DNA from: Conidiobolus incongruus B7586
Lineage: Eukaryota
DNA: 42,316 nucleotides
Direction: 5' to 3'
NCBI GenBank assembly: GCA_000697335.1
Contig: JNEM01008940.1
Span: 1-42,316, forward strand
Shown piece after piece: positions 11,311 through 22,899 of the stretch. The notes below the pieces were generated by a model. That model searched no databases and was not told where the DNA came from. It was given only the letters and a program-made list of their open reading frames with translations. The first letter of the stretch is position 1; each line of letters opens with the position of its first letter. The position numbers were made by a program, and so were the translations under genes.

Positions 11311-11644
11311 TAGCACTGGCTGGAAAGCCAAGTGTCCAATAACTTTTAAGTAAATAGTCGTCTTTCGGGACGGCTCCTGTTTGGTGATATAAAAGGGGTA
11401 ATTTATTGTTTGACCTGGATTATTGGGCTGTACCCAAGGAAGAGGACCGACGTGACAACTTGGTTGTAGTCGGCATATTTATAGTTTGTTTGACGTGTCT
11501 TCTCAGCGTACGAGCCGCAAGTCGGATGGAACGATTGATTGCATTTCTCGGGTGTATTTTGTCGTCACGTTGCAGGTGGATCTGTGATGAGGTCCTCGAA
11601 TGAATTGAATTGTTAAGGACGAACGGGTCCTCCGACCCGTGACA
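11311..11644 (-). mobile_element. LTR (334 bp), related to 334-667
   Basis: Minus strand starts TGTCACGGGTCGGAGGACCCGTTCG, versus TGTCGCGGATCGGGAGGTCTGCTCG in the other copy. TATA and AATAAA lie at the same offsets (about 162 and 238), both share CTTTCCAG near the end, and ATAT flanks both sides. The terminal CA reads TA. Confidence 0.7.
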
Positions 11645-12545
11645 ATATATATCGGTTATAATAAAATACATCAAATACTTAAAGAAAATTTTGGTATATG
11701 GAATTATTTTAACCAAGTAAAATTAAATTAATCCATTTAATTATAAAATATCCTATAGAATGAGTTACACTATTGATCAGAGTATATCAATGTATTGATA
11801 TTATGACCAATTAAACATAGTAATTATAATTATCAACTAAGGTAAGGACTCGATTATCCAAAAAAGATTATTATTACAATTTGGATATCAATGCAAATTA
11901 TCAAAATTGATAAAAATTGCTAAATCATAAATTGAATTATTATCTTTTCTAATCTTTGAAATATTATAATCTCAAACTTGTTTTAATTATATTATATATA
12001 TCAAGTATAAACTATACACTATATAGATTAATGCCGTATTAAATTAACTTTTAGACCATGTCTACGTTGGTCACATTGAATATAATTGTAAAACAGAAAT
12101 TACAATAATATACTTTTCTTCGAAATTGAATTTTAAATAGAGCGAGAGTTGGGGTCCTGAATCATTGATAATTTAGAGTATTTTATAACTTATGAATAAA
12201 ATATATTATTCAAAGATTTCTCATTTGATCAATTATATTAATGCTGTACTAAGTAATGACATATTTGAATTTTATCATATACCACAGTCCTAATCGTCTC
12301 TTTTGCTCAAAATTAAACAACCTTTCCAATCAACCATTTTAATTGGCCAATTCCCTTCACCATTTCTTAATTAAGATATTCATCAATTCGTAGTCATACC
12401 CATAATAAAGAGTTAGCTTGAATTTATGATAATAATAATCTCAGTATAATATACAACATTGCTAAATAACCAGTAACAACCTTCAATACATTCTAATAAT
12501 ATAGCTCTTTGTAAATTATTATTGTATATTTATTATATTGAATAA

Positions 12546-15500
12546 ATGTCACTACAGTCGAGGTTAGAGAATGCATGTGTTGAGGTAGCAATTGAAGGGT
12601 CAAAAGGTACCAATTATTCCAGTTCCATATATCCTATTAAATACCAATTCAAAGTTATAGGTGCTACATTAGACCAATTATGGAATTTTATTATGGATTT
12701 TCAAGAGACTTTACCCAGCTTTAACGCTTTTGAACCCGACCAACCTTCGGTCAGTCACAATTTCATATTGGATAATGGAACCAAGCAATGGATTTGGTCC
12801 GATTTAATTAAAATTCCTCATATTTATTTTAAAGATAATAACGAAGTAATAGATATCAACATGATAGTATCTGAATTAAAACTAACACTATCTTTAATTA
12901 GAATATTTTAGATTTCACAAGTGAACAATATACAGAGGTAGAGAGGAAAAAGGAAAATTTTAAAATTTATTCGCACAGTGACCTCGTTTATAAAGCTTGT
13001 TTGGGAAACGCTTCAGTATCTTACGTCGCTGGCAAGGAATTGGAAGTACTCCAACATATTTTGCAGTCTAGGGAAAATGGCGTCACGCAGAAAGCTTTAG
13101 TTGATCACTTTAATATTACTTCGAAAAATATGTATTCCTTGCTTAAGAGACCTCTCGCTCAGAAATTAGTGTATTTTTATCTATTTCCATGTCAGGTTTT
13201 TATTTTGATATTAACTTTAATTTTAGCTATAAATTACCTATTGTACATAATCAAGCTCACACACATTTATTCGTCCACCATCGATACTTATTTCAAAATA
13301 GCGCATATTTAACGACATTAACAGTAAAAAAATTGCATTCGAAATCTAAAGGTAACAACGATCAAGACGAAGATGACGATGACGAAGATCGCAACGACGA
13401 AAATATCATGATGGAAAAAGACGAATTCGATAAAGATGATAACGATTTTGAAATTTCGCTACAGGGAGACGATTTAAAAGTGGCCATTACAGAATTATTA
13501 TACTATGCCAGGGACCAGACGATGTATGTGGATGAAATGTGCGAGGCTTTGGGGATTCAGAACTGCAATCGAAGGACTAGAACCAGACTCAATCGACTAA
13601 TTCACAATCTCGTTCGCCAGCGTTATTTGTATCGATTCGTTGTCACTGCGCCCAACACGGGACACTTGAAGCGATGTGTCCAAGTTCTGAGACTGTATCA
13701 GCCATTTACACAAACTCAAGAAAGATATCTTACTTCTCAGAGCAAACTTGAAGAAGTATACATTGGTCAACCTCTATATTCCCAATTTTTGGACAAGATT
13801 ATCGAGTCTGGAGATCAAGGTTGCACTTTTAAAGACCTTGCACAGTCTACAGGTGGTCTATCTATTCGATACATAGAAAAAGCGGTCGACCGTCTTGCTA
13901 AGACCAACGACGACAACGGGAATCCATTATGCATTAAAGTGAACGAATTTCAAGGACGTGTAAAATACAATCGAATATATTCGTATGAAAAGTATCAGTC
14001 CATCCAAAATTCGGATACCAAATTGGAGTTGGATGAGAATGTTCAAAATACAATGAATAAGCTCGCCGATCTCAAATTATTTACTAGTAATACTTTGAAA
14101 ACGAGATTTGAAGTGATTACGGAACTTCTTTGGAAACTTAAGGTATGTAAAGTAGATGTCGATTTAATTCAAGCAGCTAGGGAAGCGTTTCACAAACGCG
14201 GTATCAAAAGTTCAATGGATAAAAAAACACTCAACACAACCATGCAGATACTCGAAAAGCATGATATTGTAACAAGACAATCACTCTGTATCAATACATT
14301 AGCCGGAGAAGCTGTCAGTTTTAACATTTATTACCTTTCGATTTATTCATCCAATTCACCAGAAGTTCAAACTTGGATTGATGATCAGCGCAATCGAATG
14401 ATTATGAATATCCCTAAAAAACCTCATTCTGCTGAGCCCAAGCAAAGAGCTGACGTGGAATCTTGGGCTGATATCAAACAGAGGATCGATCCTGCAAAAT
14501 TAGCCTTCTTTGAAGGTGCAGGAAGAATGATTGGAAGTATTCCTAATCAAACACCTTCTATATCTGAATTTCAAGATCCTGGTAGTGAGAAATATTGGCT
14601 TGTATCATCTCTTAGAACTGGGTATGTCCATGCTTCGATGATCCGAGCTCAAATTCTCCACTTGAGTATGCTCAGGATTTTAAACGAATACTCATTAAAT
14701 GATGTCAATACCGCGTCCTTCATCAAATCCAACATCAACCCCGAACGCATTATTTCTACTGAAATGCTATTCAACAAAATGACATTGATGAATTATATGA
14801 ATTTGGTAGTTATTGGAAGACCTACTGACGAATTATTCGATTTTATTGCCAAACCTAGTAATTTGAAATTGGTTTTAGAAGATCTTCCACCTAATATTAA
14901 GAAAATCGTATTTTCAACTTACACTAAGTATAAATCCAGGATGAAAACTAATATGGGTATTTTGTTGAATCTTGGTTTGGTGTATCCTGTCAAGAAAAAA
15001 GAAGACGATTCTGGTATCCCATATCGATCCAGTATTAACGATGTTGAAGAACATCTCAAAGAAGAATCTCTGGTTCCATTTTATTACATGGCACCCGAAG
15101 TCCCAATGTATGACTACGGTATCGAAGATTACCAATTCAAACCGATGGGTGTGTTCCAAGTTCGAACCATTGAACAGGTTGCTAAGTTTTGGAAGGATCT
15201 TGAACGTATAGCTACTCGCAACTCTAAAACCATCGAAAACAACGTATCTCTGCCGCCCGAGGTAGCCGAAGTCGAAACGCGATTAGAAAAGTCGAGATTG
15301 ACCAAGTATTTCAGAGTGATTCAACCCATCAGTATTATTCGAAATACTCATCACTGGAAGATCTGCCACAGTCATTCCGCTGAACAGCGTAAATTTTTGG
15401 AATCGTTCGTCGATCGCAAGAGAGGCCTCACTCCTTTGAACGATATTAACAAGTGTCAATATATTGCTACATCGTCAGGGTTGTCATTATTCCACGTCAC

Positions 15501-18108
15501 TCAATACTTTAAGAAGATTCGTCAGGACCATAAAGATAAGAAGCAGAGTGATTCTATGAAGACTGTACGAAATATGCGAATGGCAAAAGTTAGCAAAGCG
15601 CTGGACAATTTCGACAGAACTGGCAGGAGTGGAAAGGTACCTATGCATTCTAGAGCTATGAAATTGGCTATGGTTAGCAAAAACCATCTCAATCCCGATA
15701 TGGATGGTGAAGCTCCTTTCATCCCGGATGAAGAGGGATTCCACTCACAGGTTATCCTTCCATCCAATATTGTGAATCACAAATCACAATATGAACAACA
15801 CAAGACAAGAGTCAAAGCTTGCCACGACTACGACTTCCAAATTCTTCTTGTTTATACTATTTTGAAATTTCGTGCTTATAGAGATAATGTAATTCGTTGG
15901 ATCGGTACTTTAAATCTATTTCCCAACACTCATCGTGAATTTTGTCGTAGAAGAGTTTCCACGCTGTCAAAGCAGCCAATGGTGGGTTTGAAATTGGCTC
16001 ATATGAAAGCCCAATGGAAGGAGTTGTACCCGGAGGCTATTCGTACTGGTGCTCTTGTTGAGAAACTTTATGATTCAAATGGTGACTATCAAGTGCTCAC
16101 ACCATCGAATCCTAATCCATTAGATCCGTACTCCTACTTGCCTGATCATATTCCACATGCCAAATATAACCTAAAAGAGCAGTTGGAATATTTCGAAAAG
16201 CATTATGTCCCAGGAGTTGAAGAGGGAGATACACTTCAGACCGAAGAACAACAATCTCAGAAATCTATCACTACGTTTCATCTTCCCAAGTATTATCATC
16301 AAATTCCCGAGCTCTTTTATGCTACTGCCAAATCCAATGTCAACTTATCTATTCAAAGTCATCATTACTATTTACTCCCACATGTCTCTCTTGCCACTTC
16401 TAATGTTTTAGATCTGTCTTCAGTTGATCAAGGTACTTTGAATCAAATTTGTCAAACTCCAATTTCCAAGATCGTTGTAGCGTACAAAGGGCATCTCGAA
16501 TACTCTCACGATGTAGTAGATTTCTTTGAAGATCGTTATGATGTTAAAAATTCTATTAAATCTCGCGCTCTTCTTTCCTTTGTTATCAATCAAACGTGTC
16601 GATTCAACTTCATCACACTTGATGACCCTTCTCTCAACCTTATCTACCCCGCCTACCAATCGCCAAAAGTCAATGCTGTATACAGAGTGAATCCTCAGGA
16701 GCATGTCCTATCAGGTCTTATCAAAATGATTCTATTCAGTTCCGACAATGTCTACAATCAGTCATTAGCCCAAGAATTACTACAAAACTTTACCGAAAAA
16801 ACTCTTGTGAAAGTCTTAAATATGCTTAATCAGATGGGTGTCATCACCAAGCGAAAAACCGCAGTTTCTGAAGGGAATAGCGTCGCTAGAAATAATATGT
16901 TCCTCAATCGCGTCATTCCCGGCCGCTCTCTCCACATGTCTGATCGCTTCCTCCTCATCGTTATGGGACCTTATCAGCCTGGTATTCTGCGACAGGCGGG
17001 ATTTTATCTGCAACAGTTGGTTCAGTATCATACTCAGCATCCTCAAACTAAATTTACATTGTCTCCTTTCATTTCATCGGCTGGGATGATGACCCTGTTG
17101 GATATTCTGGGATCAGACCATGTCCAATTAGTCGGTCAATTGAATCCAAAGACTGAATTCTCGTGCGAATCCGCCAGAGCTCGCAAGCAGAGTTATGATT
17201 CCGTAGAATTTGAAATCAAATTACATTTCAAAAACAGTTTTGAAATGTTGTCATCCCAGAATAGATTGGTTGAAGATAAATCAACGAAACGCAGTCCTGA
17301 AGACCAAGAGAATCAGTCCAAGAAGCAGAAACTCTCAAAACAAGATCCCAAGACTAATAACCAATCGGTACAAATCGACTCCGAAACATCCTGGCTGAAA
17401 TCTTACACCCGGGAGGAACAAGATATAATCTATAAATTAATCAAACTAATTTCTGAGTCGAAGAACATGGGCTTCCCCGAAATGCATTTAGCTCGCGTGT
17501 TCCCCCAACTCACTTGGGACCAATTCCAACGCTATCTCGATATTCTAAAATGTAACCGATATGCGGAACAGGTGGGACTTGATGTCAAACGCTGGATTTT
17601 GCCCAAACACGCTCACCACTGGAAAGTCAGTCTTAACTCAAGTTCTTTATTATCTTATTCGAGTAACGTTCAAGACATTTACCAAGACAACGATTACGAC
17701 ATTCCTTCCCCCTCTATTTCCAGTTTGGATATCAAGTATGTAAGTCCTCGCATCTGGATCGATCTGAACGGCGACCTCAATAACGAAATGTACCTGACCA
17801 TGATGGACTTAGTTCTCTGCACTATCATTCGCAAGCCTGGCATCACAAAATCCAACCTTGTGCGCAAACTCGAGGGTGCACTCATTCCCATCGAAATTGG
17901 CGAGCTTCTGGACTACCTTGTGCAAAATGAGGCAATTTATTCGAAATGTTTCAACCAACCTCAAAAACCCACATTATTTTCGAAGACTCGCATCTTCAAG
18001 CCAATCTCTAAAAGTCTTGATGATTTGAAGATTTCCGAGATGAATGGATTGGTCACGAGTTATTGGCCCAACGGTCAGTGTTATGCTAAATTCTGTAAGA
18101 TTAAATAA
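12546..18108 (+). CDS. TFC3: RNA polymerase III transcription factor TFIIIC B-block-binding subunit (Tfc3/Sfc3/GTF3C1-like), ~1798 aa; exons 12546-12606, 12661-12845, 12902-13170, 13227-18108
   Basis: N-terminal EVAIEGSKGATLDQLW, winged-helix-like ILQSRENGVTQKAL...KNMYSLLKRP, MDKKTL, and C-terminal PRIWIDLNG...IIRKPGI are typical of the family. Three GT-AG introns restore a single frame. Confidence 0.85.
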
Positions 18109-18278
18109 TTGAATTTATTTTATTATTTAATAAATTTGAGATATTGATATATAATTTATTTTTAAAATGAATTTGATAATTTTAATTCAAATCCCATAAA
18201 TACAATTATAACAGATATCTCTATTTATTCAAAGTCAAATTCAGTCATTCCCATCATTATATCATTAATAACCAAAAA

Positions 18279-18728
18279 ATGAGTAGCATTTACAAATCCA
18301 AATATAATCAAAAGCATTCTAACGACGATCTCACAACCCTTGGTGAGAATCAATCGCCATTAGAGCAAGAACTTCACCAACGTTTAGACCAACTTTTGGA
18401 CCAACTTCTCGACAGTTTTTACGACGTTCTAATTTCTAGCAAAGGCAGTACGCAGTTAGCCAACGCCAAAATTGAAGACAAAGATATTTATAAAAGTTTT
18501 CAAGATGAGTATCAAATTGAAGTACGTACTCAAAGTATCATTAAAACTGTTGAAGAGTTGATTACATTTAACGAAAATTTAAAAAAAATGATATTACTTA
18601 ACAATAATCCAGTGAATAATTTGAATTCTAGGAATTCAGTGGAGAAACTTAATAGATTGAAATATTTGTTGGAATTTAAAAAGGAACTTAAAGGGTTTCA
18701 GAATGCGCTGTACCAATGTTTGAATTAA
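18279..18728 (+). CDS. MED22: Mediator of RNA polymerase II transcription subunit 22 (Med22/Srb6/Surf5)
   Basis: RLDQLLDQLLDSFYDVLISSK...QDEYQIEVRTQSIIKTVEELITFNENLKKMILLNN matches the Med22 pattern; 149 aa, intronless. Confidence 0.8.
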   Translation: MSSIYKSKYNQKHSNDDLTTLGENQSPLEQELHQRLDQLLDQLLDSFYDVLISSKGSTQLANAKIEDKDIYKSFQDEYQIEVRTQSIIKTVEELITFNENLKKMILLNNNPVNNLNSRNSVEKLNRLKYLLEFKKELKGFQNALYQCLN

Positions 18729-18763
18729 TGGATGTCTATTATAAGGTTTATTGTAATAAATTT

Positions 18764-19485
18764 TTATATTTGATTTAGTATACTTTGTTTTAATTTTTCT
18801 ATCCCTCCGTGAGCTTCGTCCTTACTAGTTATTATAGCAGTCTTATTACATATAGATTGTACTAATTTCCAATTGGTGCCATTCACCAATTCAACAATAC
18901 TGACCTCATCCAACTTCTTATATGTTGGGTGCTTGTCCCCCTTAGTTAGTACTAACTGAACGGGAATTCTATAAGGTCTTAGGGTTTGAAGCATCAATTC
19001 ATCAATCTGATTTAATCCTCGTTTACTATTGATCAACATATAAATTTGTTTTAATTTGGAACTTTCTTGAAAACAATGATTCACCAATTCTCCCCACTCT
19101 TGATGGGATTTGTAGCCATAACCAGGTGAATCTATGAGTAACAATTGTTCATTTAAACTGATTAAATTCAGTTTTTTGGTATGCCCCTAAAATAACAATT
19201 AATAATGATACAAAATATTCTTGATATATAATTTTACAGGTTTTTTGGAAGTTTTACAAATTTTTGTACCCGTAATCTTGTTAATTAAAGTGGATTTACC
19301 TGCGTTACTTGCACCTATAAATATAATCTAAATATTGTTAATAACTAAAACATTTAAATTAATGATATAGTTACTTCTGGCAAATGTCTATTAGGCCAAT
19401 TAATCAATTGGTACTGATTGATAGATTTCCATAGTTGAATGTTGTTGGTGTTGAATATTGATTGATATTTTTTGATTGAAGTCAT
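18764..19485 (-). CDS. EngB/YihA/YsxC-family ribosome-biogenesis GTPase (~207 aa); exons 19485-19375, 19327-19238, 19186-18764
   Basis: LPE|IIFIGASNAGKSTLIN (G1), TSKKP|GHTK (G2), LIDSPGYGY (G3) and LTKGDK (G4), joined by two phase-0 GT-AG introns. Confidence 0.88.
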
Positions 19486-19615
19486 CTTATTTTAATGTGA
19501 TCCATCAAATGTGGATTGATTTTATATCAAATGAGTGTTTGTATATTTATGGGATAATTTAATAGGGTTTATTGAATATTTACTGCTTTAAAAAAGTTAA
19601 ATAAACGTTTAGGGT

Positions 19616-20431
19616 TTAATTATGCTCTGAGTTCCATATACTCATATCGAGATGATCCTCATCTCCGTGATTGGTATGGGTATGTTGATGTTGACGATGG
19701 TTAAATTGCGTACTGTCTAAAGTATCTTGTGACAAGCTGGAAGGCGGACGGATCGGTGACCTGATCCTAGAACTTGCTGCTGATTCACTCTCAAGATCAC
19801 TATCTCTACGATGATTTAAATAGTAGTAGTTACCTCCACTCGGTTCAATGCTGTTCAACTTGTATTCTCCCTGATTCATTACTATTAGTTTTGGGAACTG
19901 TTTAACTAACTGATAAATTCTGAGCTCTCCCATATCGTTATAACTCTGGAACCAGTACAGTCCAATTAACTGCATCCAGTGGTACATTGGAAAGAAGTGC
20001 TGAATAAGATCCACATTCAAATTCAATAAATTAAGACTGGCAAATATACACCAATACGACAGCCACTGCGACTGTTGCCAACTGTCTGGTATCAAACAAT
20101 ATTTCAGGGTATTGTACAGGGGATAAACTGTACCCACTAGTGTAAAGCAAGCTCTCTTAGAGTAATTATTCAATTTCCTTATAAAATAAACTGTCATTAA
20201 CGACTTCATACACAACAACATACTCGGTGTAATACCGAACCTTAGGAAGTATTGATTCAACGTAGTTTTACTGTGACGTTGGTCATATTCTAGAGATTTT
20301 AACTTGAGTTGATAATATACACTCATCGAGATTAGTTTTATTTCCGAACTTATTAAATCGGTCAATTGTAAGTTATTGGTGCCTTCTTGCATTATTAAAT
20401 TGTCTTTCGTTATCATTTCGTTAAATTTCAT
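19616..20431 (-). CDS. TB2/DP1/HVA22 (REEP/Yop1) family ER membrane protein
   Basis: LVGTVYPLYNTLK...QWLSYWCIF...FFPMYHW...YW is the family signature; Ser/His-rich C-terminal tail. Confidence 0.8.
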   Translation of the reverse strand: MKFNEMITKDNLIMQEGTNNLQLTDLISSEIKLISMSVYYQLKLKSLEYDQRHSKTTLNQYFLRFGITPSMLLCMKSLMTVYFIRKLNNYSKRACFTLVGTVYPLYNTLKYCLIPDSWQQSQWLSYWCIFASLNLLNLNVDLIQHFFPMYHWMQLIGLYWFQSYNDMGELRIYQLVKQFPKLIVMNQGEYKLNSIEPSGGNYYYLNHRRDSDLESESAASSRIRSPIRPPSSLSQDTLDSTQFNHRQHQHTHTNHGDEDHLDMSIWNSEHN

Positions 20432-20878
20432 TATTTATTTAATTTTTTTAATGTTAAGGGGTTTTAAGGAATAGGAAGGCATGTAAAGTAATTAGTGATG
20501 TTCTTGAATTCAGTTATGGGTTTTAGGACTTAAATTAATGAGAAATATTCAAATCATGTGATAATTGGTTATTAAAAATCCCATAAATTTTCTCCTTTAT
20601 GTTTTGTTATTGTAAATCGCTATGATTATCAATTTTCCTTGAATAAATAAATAATTGGTTTTGATATGGATAGTTTGTAGAATTGTAACCACTGTTGAAT
20701 TAAAGGATGTTCTGTGATATATTGAATCTTGATCCAAATCTAACGATTGTACCCCTCTGTTTTTAATTTGAAATCAAATCTAATTATTAATACAAGCAAA
20801 TAATACTTATATGTGAGATATTCAGCTTGAATAATCATTGAAACTGTGAGGGAAAGCTGGAACAAATTATCAAACAAA

Positions 20879-21517
20879 TGGCAACCATTCAGTGTCCTAA
20901 TTGAGCCTAACGACCCAGATTGACTGGATTAACTATCAACACTGCTGTAACAAGGATGTCAAATTTGCCATTGATTCCAATATACGGGCAAATTTTGGGA
21001 GAATTGCAACAAATTGGAATCATTGACGGAATCGAATCATATTGAGAACAATATATTATATGAACCCAACTTATTTAATATCCAAATTAGATATAAATCA
21101 AAAAACTTTATCTGAAAATAATATTAAAGTTGGAAAGGCTTTATACAAAGATGTGGTCAACTCTTCCAAAATCAATACCTTTTAGATCAACTTCAGCAAT
21201 TACTAAATTTCAAATTTATGAAAGATCAAACTCTAAAAAATTTGAATATTGGCCAAATTTACAAGTTTTATGAGGAATTTGACCCAAATAAAATTTTTGA
21301 TTAGAGATCACTTTTTAATGGTGTATAATATGATCAGTGCTTGGGGATTTTTGTTGATTTGTACATTTTTCAATTAGCTGAATGTCGGTTATGAGTCGCA
21401 CAAAAGTCAGGAACTTCGACTTGAGTTAAACGGATTGAAGCAGTACTTTGTCGAGGGATTGGGCTACGAATTAATAGACGATTCTATAGGTTGGATTGAA
21501 GATGGTAGACCTCAATA
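20879..21517 (+). pseudogene. Probable decayed protein-coding gene of unknown family
   Basis: Coding-like composition. Fragments MNPTYLISKLDINQKTLSENNIKVGKALYKDVVNSSKINTF, LDQLQQLLNFKF... and LNVGYESHKSQELRLELNGLKQYFVEGLGYELIDDSIGWIEDGRPQ* are separated by a frameshift, stops and a possible intron. Confidence 0.35.
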
Positions 21518-22231
21518 GTATTTTAGCCAAAAATTTAAAATTTTTTAAAAACTGGTGATGTCATTTCTTAATTTTCGAAATTAGTAGCAATTTTCAGCCA
21601 CTTTTACCAATATAAAAGGTTTATTAGTTATTTAATATATTTGATGATGGTTTTGGCATTTTTTATACCATTTTTCAAATTAGAGAACCTAATGATTTAA
21701 CCATTTGGATATTTAACTAAAATTAATCAGTTGGTTGAATTCTTTAGGGTTTTTGTTATTGTTTCACATTAATAAGTTATATCAATTAAAGTTTGAATTT
21801 CAACCAAATACTAAAATTTTATCATTATTTATTATCGTTTTATTAATATTATATAAAATCAAATTTTTATTGGAATTTAATTCATTTATGTCAAATATTT
21901 GAGTTGAAAATAAATAACAGTATTACTGACTAGTTTAGTGAAATCCACAATTATGAAATCAAGTGTTTATACAATGGTCTTATATCATAATCATTTACAA
22001 TTATTTTTCATTAAATTATTACAATATATCAATAACACCCAAAACTTAGTATAATTATCAAGTATGTTAAATCAAATACACTTATTTTCCATTAATATTA
22101 AAAACTTAGTAGTAATTCTTAATAAAATATACCTTCTAAAATTTATTATGAATTAATATATAATAAAAAAATTAAACAAGTAAAAAATTAATTGTTAACA
22201 AATAATAGCACAAACCTCAGGCAATTATTAA

Positions 22232-22713
22232 TTATGCCAATTGTATGGTTTTGCGATCCTTGGGAAGTTTGTATAATGTTAAAGTTAACAGTCCATTCTG
22301 ATATTCTGCAATGATTTTGTCTTCGTCAACCTTTTCAGAGAATTCAATTGTTTTCTTCTATGGCTTGGAAGAAATTTGACTGATAAGCGGCTTAAACTCT
22401 TCATACTTGGGTGGTTGGCCTTCCTTCTGGGTAGTTTCCTTTTCAGATATTGATTCATTTTCTTCATTGGCGCCTTTGTCCACCTTCTCTACCTTCTCCC
22501 AATCAGAATTGGATTCCTTATTATTGTTGGTGATGATGGTTAAAGTATTTTCAGAAAATTTGATGTCAATGGCTTCTTTAGGGACACCTGGCAATGAAAC
22601 TCTGACCTTGTAAGCTTCTTTTGATTCTAGAATATCCGAGCTTGGAACTGCAAATTTAGATTCACTAAGCTTGTAGGATTTGTAAATTGGGGTGGTGTAG
22701 AATTGAACAACAT
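22232..22713 (-). pseudogene. HSP20 copy 2 with premature stop
   Basis: TAT>TAG at 22358-22360 truncates the alpha-crystallin domain before the NGLL motif. Other differences are F>Y, S>Y, N>D and one synonymous change; the out-of-frame ATG (22713) is the same as in copy 1. Confidence 0.85.
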
Positions 22714-22819
22714 TGTTACAAGGAGTGTGAATGGTCTTGTAGCAAAGAATGATGAAATTATTACTTTATTATGGTATATTTTAATGAATTGTTTGAATTT
22801 TCAACGCCCGTGACATAGC

Positions 22820-22899
22820 TATTTATATCAGATATGCTGACTACGTTTGTTAGATTGTTTGAAATAACTGAACTATTCTCAGTATTTCTTGAATTTTCC
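22820..22899 (-). promoter_or_regulatory. HSP20 copy 2 promoter: perfect three-unit heat-shock element plus TATA box
   Basis: tTTCttGAAttTTCc at 22885-22899 and TATTTATA at 22820-22827. A further near-HSE (CTCtaGAAagTTC) lies at about 22982-22994. Confidence 0.7.

Noticed and set aside
11406..11716. ORFs 11406-11603 (+) and 11420-11716 (-)
   Set aside because: Non-ATG starts overlapping the LTR; explained by its higher GC content.
14914..17891. Many short ORFs inside the TFIIIC gene (and similarly inside UAP1 and UTP22)
   Set aside because: Antisense or off-frame shadows of long GC-richer coding exons.
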